Positions 37,503 to 51,400 of a stretch of 64,000 bases of DNA are shown piece after piece (the stretch's first letter is position 1; every line of letters begins with the position of its first letter). Under the pieces are notes generated by a model, which was not told the DNA's origin, searched no databases, and was given only the letters and a program-made list of their open reading frames with translations. Position numbers and translations under genes: made by a program. The stretch spans positions 241,707 to 305,706 of the forward strand of contig NIVC01001363.1 in assembly GCA_002269645.1 (NCBI GenBank). The letters run 5' to 3'. Origin of the DNA: Macrostomum lignano. Taxonomy: Eukaryota.

Positions 37503-37937
37503 TGAGAGATCGCTGCTAGCTCCGCTCGTAGACTCTCAGCTTTCAATTCGTTTCTCTTCGCCAAAGTTCAGCAGCAACGGGTTTCTCAGTCATTTTCATT
37601 TTAGTATCCTTGTCAGGCCTCAAACTAATAGAGAAATATTGCCCCTTGATTTGGTGAGGAGCTGGTTGCTCAACCTTGTTAAATCTTGTAAAAAACCATG
37701 AACCATGCCATTCGGTTCATGCCATTAGACCATTAGGCAATTCAGGGATATTTTCATTTCATTGTGTTGCTTTCATAGTTGCTTTAGAGTGGTTTTAAAT
37801 TCCATGGTTATTTTAAATCGTTCGGAGAAGACGGCCGAATGACCAACCAAAAAAATCCTCACAGAACCTTGAGAACGGGCCAGTCAACTATAATCAATAA
37901 TAGACCAGAGACAAAGACAATCATTGTCAACATTGTC

Positions 37938-38297
37938 AACAATAGACAATTAACAACTAATCACAGACAGTCAACAATAGGCAATTAACAACTAATCACA
38001 GACAGTCAACAATAGACAATTAACAACTAATCACAGACAGTCAACAATAGACAATTAACAACTAATCACAGACAGTCAACAATAGACAATTAACAACTAA
38101 TCACAGACAGTCAACAATAGGCAATTAACAACTAATCACAGACAGTCAACAATAGACAATTAACAACTAATCACAGACAGTCAACAATAGACAATTAACA
38201 ACTAATCACAGACAGTCAACAATAGAAAATTAACAACTAATCACAGACAGTCAACAATAGACAATTAACAACTAATCACAGACAGTCAACAATAGAC
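37938..38297. repeat. 35-bp tandem minisatellite CAATAGACAATTAACAACTAATCACAGACAGTCAA
   Basis: Direct inspection, about 10 units. Confidence 0.95.
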
Positions 38298-39553
38298 TTC
38301 CATCCGAGAATAGACATAGCTCTACAAGATAAGCTCTTTTTATGCTTGTTCCCTGCTCTTGTCTCCCGCTCATCGTGAATTCCCATTTTAAAAAGGATTT
38401 TCAGAGCTAAGTTAAAATTGCTTGAGGAAGAACTTCCGGAACAAAGTCGGCTCTTAGCTGTCATTTTGTTTTAACTGGCATTTTAATACAGTAGATACAA
38501 TGCCTGCTGCTCATTCTATTTCTGTATAAACAATTTTGTGCGCGATTGGGCAAACTCAAACATATCCAAACTGTTCAACCCTGATCCCAATTGTCTCTTT
38601 GAAAGCTGCGAGAGAGACATCATCTGATTTTACCTCAAGTAAACAATTATTTAAATGTTAGGCGAACAATTGCTGGCAACATTGCTGGAGAAATTTTTGT
38701 AAGAATATTTTTCTATTTTTTTGTTTATTTGCTTTGTACAAAACTTAAGCCTCCGAATTTCATCAGCTCTGACTTTGTTGGTCACTGGAATTCATCCACC
38801 CAGAGCTTCCGGACCTTCAACAGGTGGCACCAGGTGATTATAGACGCTCTAGTGCGAATTTCTCTGGTTTCGCTGATCAAGCCTCAACTGCTAGACATCT
38901 TCAGCTAGACTCTCAAGCATTCTGTCATCATCCCGATGCCGTCGGCACCTTCAACAGGTGGCACCATGGTGACTATGAACCTGCCTTGACTAAAGCAGGG
39001 TTTCCGAAAATCAAAACTAATCAATAGTGAGTTTCGAACTTTCTCGAAGCTGCTTCTGGGTAGAGAACGGTAGTACACTATTGTAAGAACTTTGCATGGC
39101 TCCCACCCACCCACGGGTTGCGGTATACTTGACAAAGGCTGGCTGTTGCAGAGTGCCAGAAAGATGAAGCGAGTGCAGAAGCCGTCAGCTCAGTACGTGG
39201 TGGCGCCCGCGCGCGCACTGTGTCGCACTTTGGTGCCGACCTGGCATAAACAATTACACACAGTTGTGAGAGATGGGCGTGGGTAGCGAGCAGTAGTCTT
39301 AAAAAAATAGAAGCAGTTCATTCACAATGCACCAAAGTGCTACGCAGTGAGGGGGCTGGCAGTGTCTCTTGTTACTCTTATTATTGTAATGGCTTTCTCT
39401 CCCTCCCTCTCGTTTTATTTTTGACAAAACTATTAACTGGCAGTGCTGACGTCACACAGTGCCAGTGAGTGTAATGCAGCACTGTGGCAGATACTCTGTG
39501 CAAGTGGCACAGGTAGGTTAAGCAGAACCGAAGCTGGGGAGAGAGATAGAGAC

Positions 39554-39654
39554 TCAAGGTTCAATAGCTAGCAAAGCTTTGAAGGCCTCAAGCTCTTTCA
39601 GTTGATGTAGCTTGTGATGTAGCAACGCGTCTGCCTCTTTCATATTGAGGCTGC

Positions 39655-39724
<70 letters not shown>

Positions 39725-41060
39725 CTCTCTCTCTCTCCCTCGTCTAAAAACGCAAGGGCCATTACACAAAAGCATTACTGACTCCTCAGCAAAATCGAGG
39801 CAAATAATTACAAAAAATTTCTGCATTTTTATGCTTGCAATCGTGGAGATAAGGGTTTGTAGGAAGTACATCCTAGTGCAGATTAATTAGTGAAACAATT
39901 AAAAAGTGGCTAATGACTCCCACTGTAGTAAAAGAGGACGTATAAACCTCAAAGATACACTGCGCTGATGGGACAAAACCATTTTTCATCACATAATCAA
40001 ATATTTAATTTTATATGGAGCAGTGTAGCTTACCATTATTTTAATTTAACATGCACGATATGTTACTCTGATGTACTGTATGTAGTGAAAAGTGTCATTT
40101 TTCATATTATTATAATTATTATAATAAATACTCACAAGTGGCATCATTGCTTAACTTTTTGTTTTTTGTTTCTTTCTTGAATCAAGTATATTTGTAATAA
40201 AAAATTTGCATTCAGGTACTTTTGTAGATATTTTGTAGATATGATTCCATTTCGATGCATATTAGTTCCTGCACGCATACATGATGACTGCTAATAAACC
40301 TTGAGTAGACTAAATATTGACTCGCAGTTACCCAGATATTGTCTTCGGACTTTTGTAACCACCGATAATTAAATCGCCTGAAAGCCTGATTTATTTAGTA
40401 AGTAAAATCATAGAATAAAGTTATTTTTACGTACTGCCACTTCAAGTAGTATGGTGAAGATGTCATAGAAAAACGTTCCTCCCGTTGCACAAAAGATTTT
40501 TGCTCTGCTTGTCACAGGACTTGATTTACAAGATCGAGGGGAGAGAGCCATTTTCAGTGGCAGGGCAAACACCCGCTCTCTGCATGAGCACCCTGCATGG
40601 TCAGGTGACTAAACTGCTATCTATTTATTCTTTCTATTGTCCAACTGGCAGCAGCGGCGAGAGGGCGAGAGGGCGAGAGGGCGAGAGGGCACTTGAGGCC
40701 AGAGCCCGAGTATTATTCGATAGTAACCCGCAGCTTCTTCGCCATCATAGCCCGCGAGGCAATAAAGTACACCTGTGATATCATTGCAAAAAAGCAACGG
40801 TGCTTTTTGATGACGCGAGTCTGGTCTAAAAAAGGCTGGCGTTTATGACGAAATTCTGAATTTAGATTGCATCTTGAGGCCCACATCTACCTGGATTGGT
40901 TTGGGGCTCTACGTATAAAGCTGACAAAACTGTCTGGAGCAGTTAGAGCAAATTCAACCCTCCTTTGACTGCGTGACAAAACCCTATCTATGTCAACACT
41001 GCTGCCACTGATCAACCGACCGAAGTCTTCGGCTGGCCTGCCGCGCAGGTCGGGAGCCAT
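39554..41060 (-). CDS. Possible small 2-exon gene (41060-40891 plus 39650-39554; 88 aa, unknown product)
   Basis: gccATGG start, AG|gtagat donor and phase-2 join to SLNMKEADALLHHKLHQLKELEAFKALLAIEP*; the acceptor follows a (GA)n tract and lacks a pyrimidine tract. Confidence 0.3.
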
Positions 41061-41333
41061 GGCACCGGCTGATGCAGCTAATGATGCTGCGGCCAACAGG
41101 TGAGAAGAGAACCGCTCAACTTAAAAAATCCGCAACCAAAATAAACAAACATAACCGTTAGGTAGCCATCGAGAACCATTCACTGACAACCACAAATGAC
41201 AATTGAACGAATTTCAAGTTCCATATGGTATTACTACTTGTTACATTTGCTATTACACACTCAAGGTAGCTATGTGGGAATGCTCTTTTTTCAAAGACTT
41301 CGTTCGTGTATACTGCCCAATATGAGTTGCACA

Positions 41334-42019
<686 letters not shown>

Positions 42020-42043
42020 TACCGTACGATAATTAGGGAATAT

Positions 42044-43066
42044 ATGCCAACTTTGACCCCTCAACAAACATCCATCCGCCCTCTGAGCAGCCGGTCGCGT
42101 CTCCCGAGTCTCGCCGGCGCCGTCTCGTGTCTCAGCCGGCAGCCCAGCCGGCTCTGGTCCACCGGCCCGCCGGACCGACCGCCCTGCGTCATCGGCGAGG
42201 GCGCATTCGGCCGCGTACTTCGCGGCACTTTCAAAGGCCAGCCAGCGGCCATTAAAGAGGTCGGCGAACGGCCGAATGCGCGTCGACGCTGGCGCGGACC
42301 CGGCGACAGTCCAGATCACGACTATCGGCGGGAGATTCGCGGCGCCGAGTTCCTACTGAAGCTCAGCCACGAAAACGTGGTCCGCTACATGCACTTTGAC
42401 AGCAGCAGCGAGCCCGGCCTGCTTTACGTTGTCATGGAGCTGATCGAGGGCCGGAATCTCGCTGAGTTGAGACGCAAAGGGCCCTTCAGCGAAGACGATT
42501 TGCGATCGCTCATGACTCAGGTGAGTAGAAATCGTTCTCACTCGGCTTGGATGTTTTGGTGTTTAGACTCCAATCAGCAACCCAGTTTTATCTTTCAACC
42601 CTGCCAGACCTGCTGCGGCTTGCACTATCTGCACAGTCGGCAGCCGTCAATCATTCACCGCGACGTCAAGGGCTCCAACATCATGCTGTCGAGCCGGGAC
42701 AACGTGGCCAAAATCGTGGACCTCGGCTTGGCGGTCCAGGGCGCTCCAGCTGTCGGCCACTCGCTGGCTGGCACGCATCGCTTCATGGCGCCAGAGGTCT
42801 ACGAGACCCGGGCTTACTCCACCAAGTCTGACGTGTTCGCTCTGGGCTGCGCCCTCTTCGAGTTGCAGTGCGGCCAGCCGCCTCACTCGGACAAGTCCAA
42901 CGGGATGGCCGTCTGTTACGCGGTGATGTACAGCCCGATGCCGCGGCTGCCTGATGGTTGTAATCGCCGACTGGTGGACTTCTACGATCGGTGCACCAGA
43001 AAATACCCGATTGAGCGGCCAACTGCTGAAGAGCTGCTGGGACACACCTTTCTGGTTGGAGCTTGA
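42044..43066 (+). CDS. Ser/Thr protein kinase (STE/NEK-like by appearance); intron 42521-42607; true 5' end uncertain
   Basis: GEGAFG, AAIK, E in alpha[32 protein letters not shown]; gtgagt...ctgccag intron of 87 nt. Confidence 0.92.
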   Translation: MPTLTPQQTSIRPLSSRSRLPSLAGAVSCLSRQPSRLWSTGPPDRPPCVIGEGAFGRVLRGTFKGQPAAIKEVGERPNARRRWRGPGDSPDHDYRREIRGAEFLLKLSHENVVRYMHFDSSSEPGLLYVVMELIEGRNLAELRRKGPFSEDDLRSLMTQVSRNRSHSAWMFWCLDSNQQPSFIFQPCQTCCGLHYLHSRQPSIIHRDVKGSNIMLSSRDNVAKIVDLGLAVQGAPAVGHSLAGTHRFMAPEVYETRAYSTKSDVFALGCALFELQCGQPPHSDKSNGMAVCYAVMYSPMPRLPDGCNRRLVDFYDRCTRKYPIERPTAEELLGHTFLVGA

Positions 43067-43097
43067 TTCTATCATTCTCAAACCGGGAATGTTACCA

Positions 43098-44075
43098 CCC
43101 GGAAGGATTCCAACCGGAAGGATTCCAACCGGAAGGATTCCAACCGGAAGGATTCCAACCGGAAGGAAGGATTCCAACCGGAAGGATTCTAACCGGGAAG
43201 GTTTCCAACCGGAAGGATTCCAACCGGAAGGAAGGATTCCAACCGGAAGGATTCCAACCGGAAGGAAGGATTCCAACCGGAAGGTTTCCAACCGGAAGGA
43301 TTCTAACCGGAAGGATTCCAACCGGAAGGATTCCAACCGGAAGGATTCCAACCGGAAGGAAGGATTCCAACCGGAAGGATTCCAACCGGAAGGATTCCAA
43401 CCGGAAGGATTCCAACCGGAAGGATTCTAACCGGAAGGATTCCAACCGGAAGGTTTCCAACCGGAAGGTTTCCAACCGGAAGGATTCCAACCGGAAGGAT
43501 TCCAACCGGAAGGATTCTAACCGGAAGGATTCCAACCGGAAGGTTTCCAACCGGAAGGTTTCCAACCGGAAGGATTCCAACCGGAAGGTTTCCAACCGGA
43601 AGGATTCCAACTGGAAGGATTCCAACCGGAAAGAAGGTTTCCAACCGGAAGGATTCCAACCGGAAGGATTCCAACCGGAAGGTTTCCAACCGGAAGGTTT
43701 CCAACCGGAAGGATTCCAACCGGAAGGTTTCCAACCGGAAGGTTTCCAACCGGAAGGATTCCAACTGGAAGGTTTCCAACCGGAAGGATTCCAACTGGAA
43801 GGATTCCAACCGGAAGGATTCCAACCGGAAAGAAGGTTTCCAACCGGAAGGATTCCAACTGGAAGGATTCCAACCGGAAGGATTCCAACCGGAAAGAAGG
43901 TTTCCAACCGGAAGGATTCCAACTGGAAGGATTCCAACTGGAAGGATTCCAACCGGAAAGAAGGTTTCCAACCGGAAGGATTCCAACTGGAAGGATTCCA
44001 ACTGGAAGGATTCCAACCGGAAAGAAGGTTTCCAACCGGAAGGATTCTAACCGGGAAGGTTTCCAACTGGGAAGG
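43098..44075. repeat. 15-bp tandem minisatellite CCGGAAGG(A/T)TTCCAA directly after the kinase stop
   Basis: Direct inspection; explains the EGFQP/KDSNR/GRIPT ORFs. Confidence 0.97.
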
Positions 44076-44566
44076 TTAACCAAAACTGTACAAAATACCT
44101 GACTGCTGACACCTGTGATGTCACTGATTTGCTCAATTTCGCATGCATCTACAAATTTAACCACAGATTTCTTAATTGGATAAATTTTCCTAATTGAAAC
44201 TTTTTGGCCCGTTCTTTACATCCAGCTTTGAAAGGCAATAAATGCAAGCCAAGACAATCTGCATTTTCCACTGCAGGCTTTTCAATTTTTTTGTAAAAAT
44301 GTAAATATATTCCTAAATGAAGATTGTTAAACAGATTTTCTATATAGAGACCGTTCGATTTTTTCTTCTAATTCAACTTTTGAACAACTAGCAATCATTT
44401 GAAGCTCTATCTAACAATTCCCAGAAATTTCCATACCTGTGCGTAATACTCTACTACTACTATTGACCTATAAGTAGGCAGAACTGGTGTTTATTTTGTA
44501 CTTTACCCGAAGATAATCGCATTCGAACAAACACAGTCCGGGAAAACTCATCCCTCAAAAGTTCTC

Positions 44567-44800
44567 TCAAGAGTTGCGCGTCGCCTTGACAGCCTTGGCA
44601 ATTTTGCCAACAACCTTGGCAGTTCCGATCACCATGCCGAAGAGGCCTCTCTCCTCTGTCAGGGCGGACGCGTCCACGTCGGACATGGCCCGCATAGCGG
44701 CCAAGTTCTCAGCCTCCTCCCGGTTGAGTCGCTGATGGTTGGGAGCGGCCGCGGCCAGGGCTGCGCAGAGCAGAAATCCGAGAGCGAGCTGCCACTTCAT
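44567..44800 (-). CDS. Secreted antimicrobial-peptide-like precursor 1 (77 aa): signal peptide, acidic pro-region, cationic GLFGMVIGTAKVVGKIAKAVKATRNS
   Basis: MKWQLALGFLLCAALAAAAP signal; EEAE..LTEER pro-piece; predicted mature part has 4 K, 1 R and no acidic residues; paralog at 53669-53902. Confidence 0.8.
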   Translation of the reverse strand: MKWQLALGFLLCAALAAAAPNHQRLNREEAENLAAMRAMSDVDASALTEERGLFGMVIGTAKVVGKIAKAVKATRNS

Positions 44801-45494
44801 GCTTGAGTCTGAGTCTGTTGCTGTGCGAGCTGATGAAGCTGAGAGTCTGCGATTGAGCTGGCTCGATTGTCTCATGGAGCGGTCGGGAGATCGGCATTTA
44901 TGCACAAAACAGCGGCACGTTTTTCCGGTACAACGAGCGGCACGCGTCAGAGTTTGAGCTGGGGACTCAAGTGAGCAGAGCGCATGCAGCTCTGTTGCTT
45001 CGTCTACTTTCTTGGACTTACCTCACCATTGTGATTGTCCTGCCGAATTTTTTGTGTTACCTGACGGTTCTGCGTAAAAACTATCAGAGCAAACGTAAGT
45101 TTATGTCAAAATTTTGAATCTGGATATCAATGTATAAAGTCACTATAAGATTGAGTACAATTATATTATTACGTTTATCTCTCAAAGCGTTTTTTCGACG
45201 GTGTGACTTCTAAGACTACCTACCAATTTCTTTGTAGCAATACTAATTTGTATCTTGATTGATATTCAACCCATGTCTAACCAGAAATGATTCAATAAGT
45301 TCATCTATATGACCCAACATGACCATGCACATTTTTGCTTGTCGTCTCGTAGGTATACTTTTTTACGTGAAGCTTTGCTAGCAACTCAGGTGCTTGCATA
45401 GATTTGTGCACAGTTTGCGTCAAAATTCTGAAATTTAACGGAAGGAAGCTTTTCCGTCTCGTAAATTTTATTAGAAAAGGCACAGATGGCAGTT

Positions 45495-48400
45495 TCACAG
45501 CACATTCCACTGCATTATGCAGGCTTCTGAGCCGCCCACAGCAACGAGACGAGTGCCTTCCGATAGGAATTTCAAGCTGGAAATTTTGCACGGACCGTGG
45601 AACACTCGGAATTGCGCCTGCGGAAAGCGAAAACGTTTTTAGCGATGTCACGCATGCTTGCATCAATCCTTGCAGCTATGATCTGCACAGCAGCATCCAA
45701 CATCAACCGGACACCAACCAACTCTACCCAACAGCATCCAACATCAACCGGACACCAACCAACTCTTACCCAACACCATCCAGCATCAACCGGACACCAA
45801 CCAACTCTACCCAACACCATCCAACATCAACCGGACACCAACCAACTCTACCCAACACCATCCAACATCAACCGGACACCAACCAACTCTACCCAACACC
45901 ATCCAACATCAACCGGACACCAACCAACTCTACCCAACAGCATCCAACATCAACCGGACACCAACCAACTCTACCCAACACCATCCAGCATCAACGGCCG
46001 TGGATGCCGCTTACATTCGAACTGATGCAGGGCATCCTGTACAGCAGCACTTGGCCCGTGTCCAATCCCACCGCCAGCAGGTTCCGTGACGGACAGGCGT
46101 CCATTGCTGTGATGTTTCTCTTGGCGGCCACCTCTGAGTTCCACACACCTATACGGAGAATTGAATATTACTGTTATGAATCCATTTGAACGAGTCCGAT
46201 CAAGCACCAATTATCGCACAGATTATAAAGTGCTCGATCTCTTACCAACAGAATAGTAGCAACATAGGCAGCTATGGGTACTCCAGGTCACATTGCGAAA
46301 TCGCTCCTCCCCAGTGGTCAGGTGAAAGTTTGTTGCGTCGCCTGTCAAAGTCAATAATTTTCATATTACTTAAGTCGGGGCAGACAATTTGACTCAACTT
46401 CCATTAGCTGCAACCCATCTCAATAGTCTTAGTCTTAGTCCCAACAGAACTTTGGAAACGAGAACAGCTTTCGTTTAGAAACTTGGCCTCAAAAATGTTG
46501 ATAGAGAAAAGTTTTTATTTGTTAAGCATCCCTCGCTTCTGAAGTTATTTATGGGTCATTGTTTGTAAGAAGTTGTACAGAACCGTTGGGTTAGCGCTCC
46601 GACCCAGCGTCGAATGTACATCGAAGTTTCGTAGTTTACAAAAAAATGGCTCGTAATAATAATTATTATTGATTACACCTGCCCTCATGGCCAGATGTGC
46701 AACCGACAGCTCAGCCGCAGCTATTGCGCGGCGCATCTGAAGGTTGCGTACGGCTGTTCAGTCCAAGGACTGGGAAGGGGGTCGCCACACCCTCAATTAC
46801 CCCAGCTAATGTTGGCACGCCCATTTTACAGCTGGGTGAACTGAAGCAATGCAGAGTTCAGTGTCTTGCTCAAGGACACAAATTGTTCTTAGTGGGATCG
46901 GGAATCGAACCCCCGACCTTGGGGTTCGATCCCCGCTCTGACTACTAGGCTGCAAGCCAACAGCATTCGTCACTCTTCAACAGTTTACAAAGCTTTTAAA
47001 GCTCACAGAAAGCCAGCTCGGCGATACGGTTGCTGGCACGCAGCAGCAGGGAGCCCTCGAATCGGTCGCTGGCAAAGTCGATGGCCTCGACGGCCCGACG
47101 GAGGACGCAAATCTCACCAACGACGAGCCAGGAGCTGCTGCGAAGCTCGGCAGCCGATGACTGTGGAGCATCGGACCTGTCCTGCTCCGTAGAAGTTGGC
47201 CGCGTCAGAGAAGCTGACAGCTGAGGCTGATGCCTGCGCTGCTCGATAAAGTAGATCCTGCCGCGGGCGTCTCCAACGGCAACCATCTCGCCGGCTGGAG
47301 TGGGAAAAGCAAACTTTTCATCCACTCAGTTTATGCACTCTTCAACAAGCAAGTGCGTTTTTCGATTGATCTACTTCGTCTGGTCAATTAATGTGACTTA
47401 AGAAATTGTCAAAAGCTGTAGGGTAGTCAGGATTCACTTCTGTGGGTTATTAAATAATAATAATTGATTAAACCTGCCCTAATAGGTAGATGTGCAACCG
47501 ACAGCTCTGCCGCAGCAATTGCGCGGCGCATCTGAAGGCTGCGTACGGCTGTTCAGTCCAAGGACTGGGGGGTCGCCACACAGCCTCAATTGCCCCAGCT
47601 AATGCTGACACCCATTTTACAGCTGGGTGAACTGAAGCAATGCAGAGTTAAGTGTCTTGCTCAAGGACACAGATTGTTCTCAGTGGGATCGGGAATCGAA
47701 CCCCCGACCTTCAAGTCGTGAGTCCGTCGCTCTAATCGCTAGGCTACGACCCCTGCTGGTTAGTATAACATTATGATAGAATTTTGCAGTTGTCAATGTG
47801 AAAATCTGAGGGGGCGCATTGTTTGTATAAAATTTTAGGAGGCAGTTTTTACCAAATACGCTCGAAATACGTTTTTGGAGAATGGAGATTTTCATTTTTG
47901 CAGCAAAAAATTGTAATTACTTTTGATAGGAGTCAGATCCAATGTTCAAATTTTAAAACTAATAATAAATGATAATTTTATAGTCTTCACACTCATCAGT
48001 AGTGAGCCTTCATACGAGGGTAACGTAGAATATAATGTTTTAATCGGGCTATTATAGACCATATTTATGACAAAAAACTTAGCCTAGTCAGTGTTGTCTC
48101 ATTTGGCTGAATGCTTGAACTATTGCAGTTAAAAATTAATTTAGTAACATAATCAATAAGCTAATAATGAATAAAAAGATTCATAATACGAATGAATTAA
48201 ATTGTGTCATTTTTATTATTTTTAGTCACAAAATATGTACGTTGGACAAAAAAGTTAAACCTACCCGTACAATCCTAATTTTATAAGCAGAAAGCTTTAC
48301 AAATATGAACATTGGGTCTGCCTCCTCTTCAGCCGATAAGCTGCTTACAAAGCTTCAAACAAAGGAAACATCAACGCCAAGTTGAAACTCACAGGGAGCG

Positions 48401-51400
48401 GTTGCGATTGCAGTGATTTTGTGTCTGGCCGTCCTCCGTTTGAAAACCTGGCACAGAACGGAGCCGGACCGCTGCAGAATGATCAGCTGACCAGTTCTAG
48501 TTCCCAGGATCAGCGTTCCGCTGCTGTGCCACAGAACGCTAGAGATGCACTTTTTCTGAAGATAAGATTGTGTAATAGTGCTGAGGCCGGCCACACAAAC
48601 AGAAAATACAGTAGGTTTTGGTGGGTTCCATTTTAGGATGAATTGAAGGAAGGAAGGAAGGAAGGAAGGAAGGAAGGAAGGAAGGAAGGAAGGAAGGAAG
48701 GAAGGAAGGAAGGAAGGAAGGAAGGAAGGAAGGAAGGAAGGAAGGAAGGAAGGAAGGAAGGAAGGAAGGAAGGAAGGAAGGAAGGGAGGAAGGAAGGAAG
48801 GAAGGAAGGAAGGAAGGAAGGAAGGAAGGAAGGGAGGAAGGAAGGTAGGAAGGAAGGAAGGGAGGAAGGAAGGAAGGAAGGAAGGAAGGGAGGAAGGAAG
48901 GTAGGAAGGAAGGAAGGGAGGAAGGAAGGAAGGAAGGAAGGAAGGAAGGGAGGAAGGAAGGAAGGAAGGAAGGAAGGAAGGAAGGAAGAGGAAGGAAGGA
49001 AGGAAGGAAGGAAGGAAGGAAGGAAGGAAGGAAGGAAGTCCCAGTAAGTCTTGGACACTGATTACAATCAATAATAAAGAAGTTAAAGCTGCTCAGCACT
49101 TACCGGTAGAACGGCAGTGTGCAGACACCGGTGGGACTCGGCATTGTACATTCGCACCTGGCTGTCGTAGCCGGCCGTGACGAAGACAGACGGGTGGCTG
49201 GTCAGGCCGCCGAGGCTGCGCAGCCGATCGTAGTGCCCGGCAGTCAGTGGATCTGGAAGCAGCTGCGCCTCCGCCAGAGGGTTCTCCGGAGTATGCTCTG
49301 AGTCGTCTCCAGAAGTTACTTCGGTTTCACGTGCTCCTGGCGCTGGGAGACGGCACAGAAAGATGGCATTGGTTGTGGTGCCAAGCGCCAGCAGAATGCC
49401 GCCAATGTCCTGGTCCTGCTGACTTGCGTTATCGGCAGCGTCTTTTTCTGCGCCACCAGCAGTCTTGCAGGCGCAGACGCAACGAATTCCGGCGTTGCCT
49501 GCAGCTTCCTCTGGCAGGGCCAGACTGCTCACGGCTGACGATTCATTTTGTTTTTTTAACGAAGTTGACGAGCCAGCTTCTTGGCGATTTTCATCAGGAC
49601 TCATTGTTGGTGGCATGTCGGATGCGCGCCAGACTAACAGGCGCCCATCGCGACCGCCGCTGAGAATCCAGTTCTGGTCATTGAATAGGAGCTCCAGTAA
49701 GGTGAACACGGGACCCTGTTCAGATAGGCAGGTAATAGTAGCTGTAGATTGTATTTTCCGTCTTTGAGCCTGTCCAAGTCCTAGGAAAATTCCCTTATAG
49801 TCCACAGTATTGAGGGCCAAACACAAAGGCCGAGTGCGTATGACGAGTACACTGCCCGATTATGAGATAGTCTGGGCCGATGTACATCCTGTGGGAGCGT
49901 GTGCCTTCGTTCGTATCCGGGTCAACGGATTGTAGAGTGTTCTACCTCCCGTAAAAAAGGTAAAAGAAGTTAATCATAGGATGCTACTGTAAGTAGGTAA
50001 GTGCACGCATGCGCAACTGAAACTTAACAATTAACCATGTTACTGTATAATACGCAAAAAGTTATGTTACCCTTTTAGCGCAACACATGAGTTGTAATGC
50101 TATTTTGGACTGCAAATTCGCCTATAAATACAAGCGGTCCGAAGCGGACCAGGAGCCAACTCCCGACGAGAGGAGAAGCTCCGAAGAGGAAGCCTTAGGA
50201 GGACTTCCTGATCACCAAGTCAATCGAGACTCGGTCGAGTTGTTGCGGTAAGCCTTCCTTATTTGCGCCCGTTGTGTTAGAGACGCCTCGCTCAAGTCTA
50301 GTGTTACTTGAGTTTAGTTGAGTCTGTTGAGACTCTTGAGTCTGTTTAGACTCTACTGGTTGCAGTCTCCAGAAGGACTGCCACTGATAGATCTTAGAAG
50401 ACTATCAGTGGTTTCCGGAGCTATACCTAGAGTGCATAGAGGCACTGCTAGAAGAAGGAGGCTTAACTCGAACCGCTGTTCGGCGCAGGGTACCCATTGT
50501 TGATACGAGGCCTCTGATTGGTCCTGACTGCAGATACCGGCCGGAAGGAACTTCATCGAAAGTCCAAGAAGAACCAGGAACAGAACCAAAGAAGAGACAA
50601 GGCGCCTGATCTACGGATCATCTGAGACCAGAACTACTGGTGACTAGACCTACAGCGAGATCTAAAAAGAGTACTCAACGGAGGATACAACTAAAGGTAA
50701 GTGATACCTTTATCTGATAACTGGGTTGCCTAGCAAGTAGCTAGAAGTGATTGTTCCTTGATTACAGTTGAGGACTGGTAATAAGGAACACATCAGGATT
50801 GAGCACTGCTCGAATTCCCTACTTCGAGCTTCTTATGAGTTCCTTACTCCTCGGACCACCGGTCACTCAGTAGAAGTTTCTTCGGCTGCTCAACAATTGT
50901 GAACATTGCTTTTATTGTAAAAAGGCTCATGTCTTCTGTCTAATATAGAAGCATATAAACTCCTAAAATATAAATACAAAACCGAAAATTAAATGCTTCA
51001 CACCTGATGCAGCTGGCTTCCCAGTCGTATTATTCGACAGCCGCTACTCTCGTTCTCCGGATCGGCGTCATCCCACACGGCAACTCCTCCGCTTGAGTCG
51101 CCAGTGACCAGCAGGCCATCGGTGCAGTAGACCGCGCTAACCACGTACCTCGCCGACAGGGCAGTCACGTCACCCTCTCGGACCAGCTGCAGCTGTTTCT
51201 TACCATCGCCATCGCGATCCCAATGACGCCACCAGGCGATGTGGCCGCGCCCGACCGTCACGAACGCGCCGTCGACGCCGGGGCTCACAGTGACGTCGCA
51301 GACAACAGCTGCAGACGGTCGAACCATGGCGAGAATCGATCGGGACTCGAGGCTCCAGAGCTTCAGCTGCGGTTGAGGCGAGCTGTCGTCCACGGATATC

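Noticed and set aside
38813-38975. Short direct repeat CCTTCAACAGGTGGCACCA spaced about 134 bp apart
   Set aside because: Only two copies, with no coding or structural context; likely a small local duplication
40518-40604. Isolated + strand exon-like segment (cag|DLIYKIEGREPFSVAGQTPALCMSTLHGQ|gtgact)
   Set aside because: Good splice sites but no partner exons could be linked and no recognisable domain
44801-44905. Longer N-termini of the AMP-like ORFs (MHKCRSPDRS..., also 53903-54082)
   Set aside because: Non-ATG or upstream starts would bury the signal peptide; the region looks like promoter and 5' UTR
46880-46952. tRNA genes at the SINE heads (also about 47680-47752 and 60660-60732)
   Set aside because: A and B boxes are present but no full cloverleaf, and each continues into the same CORE-SINE body
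50038-50905. Possible solo LTR (TGTTAC...GTGAACA, TATA-like CTATAAATA) in an EML intron
   Set aside because: No matching 4-6 bp TSD found at the candidate ends and no second copy in the window; it may still be a repeat but cannot be supported
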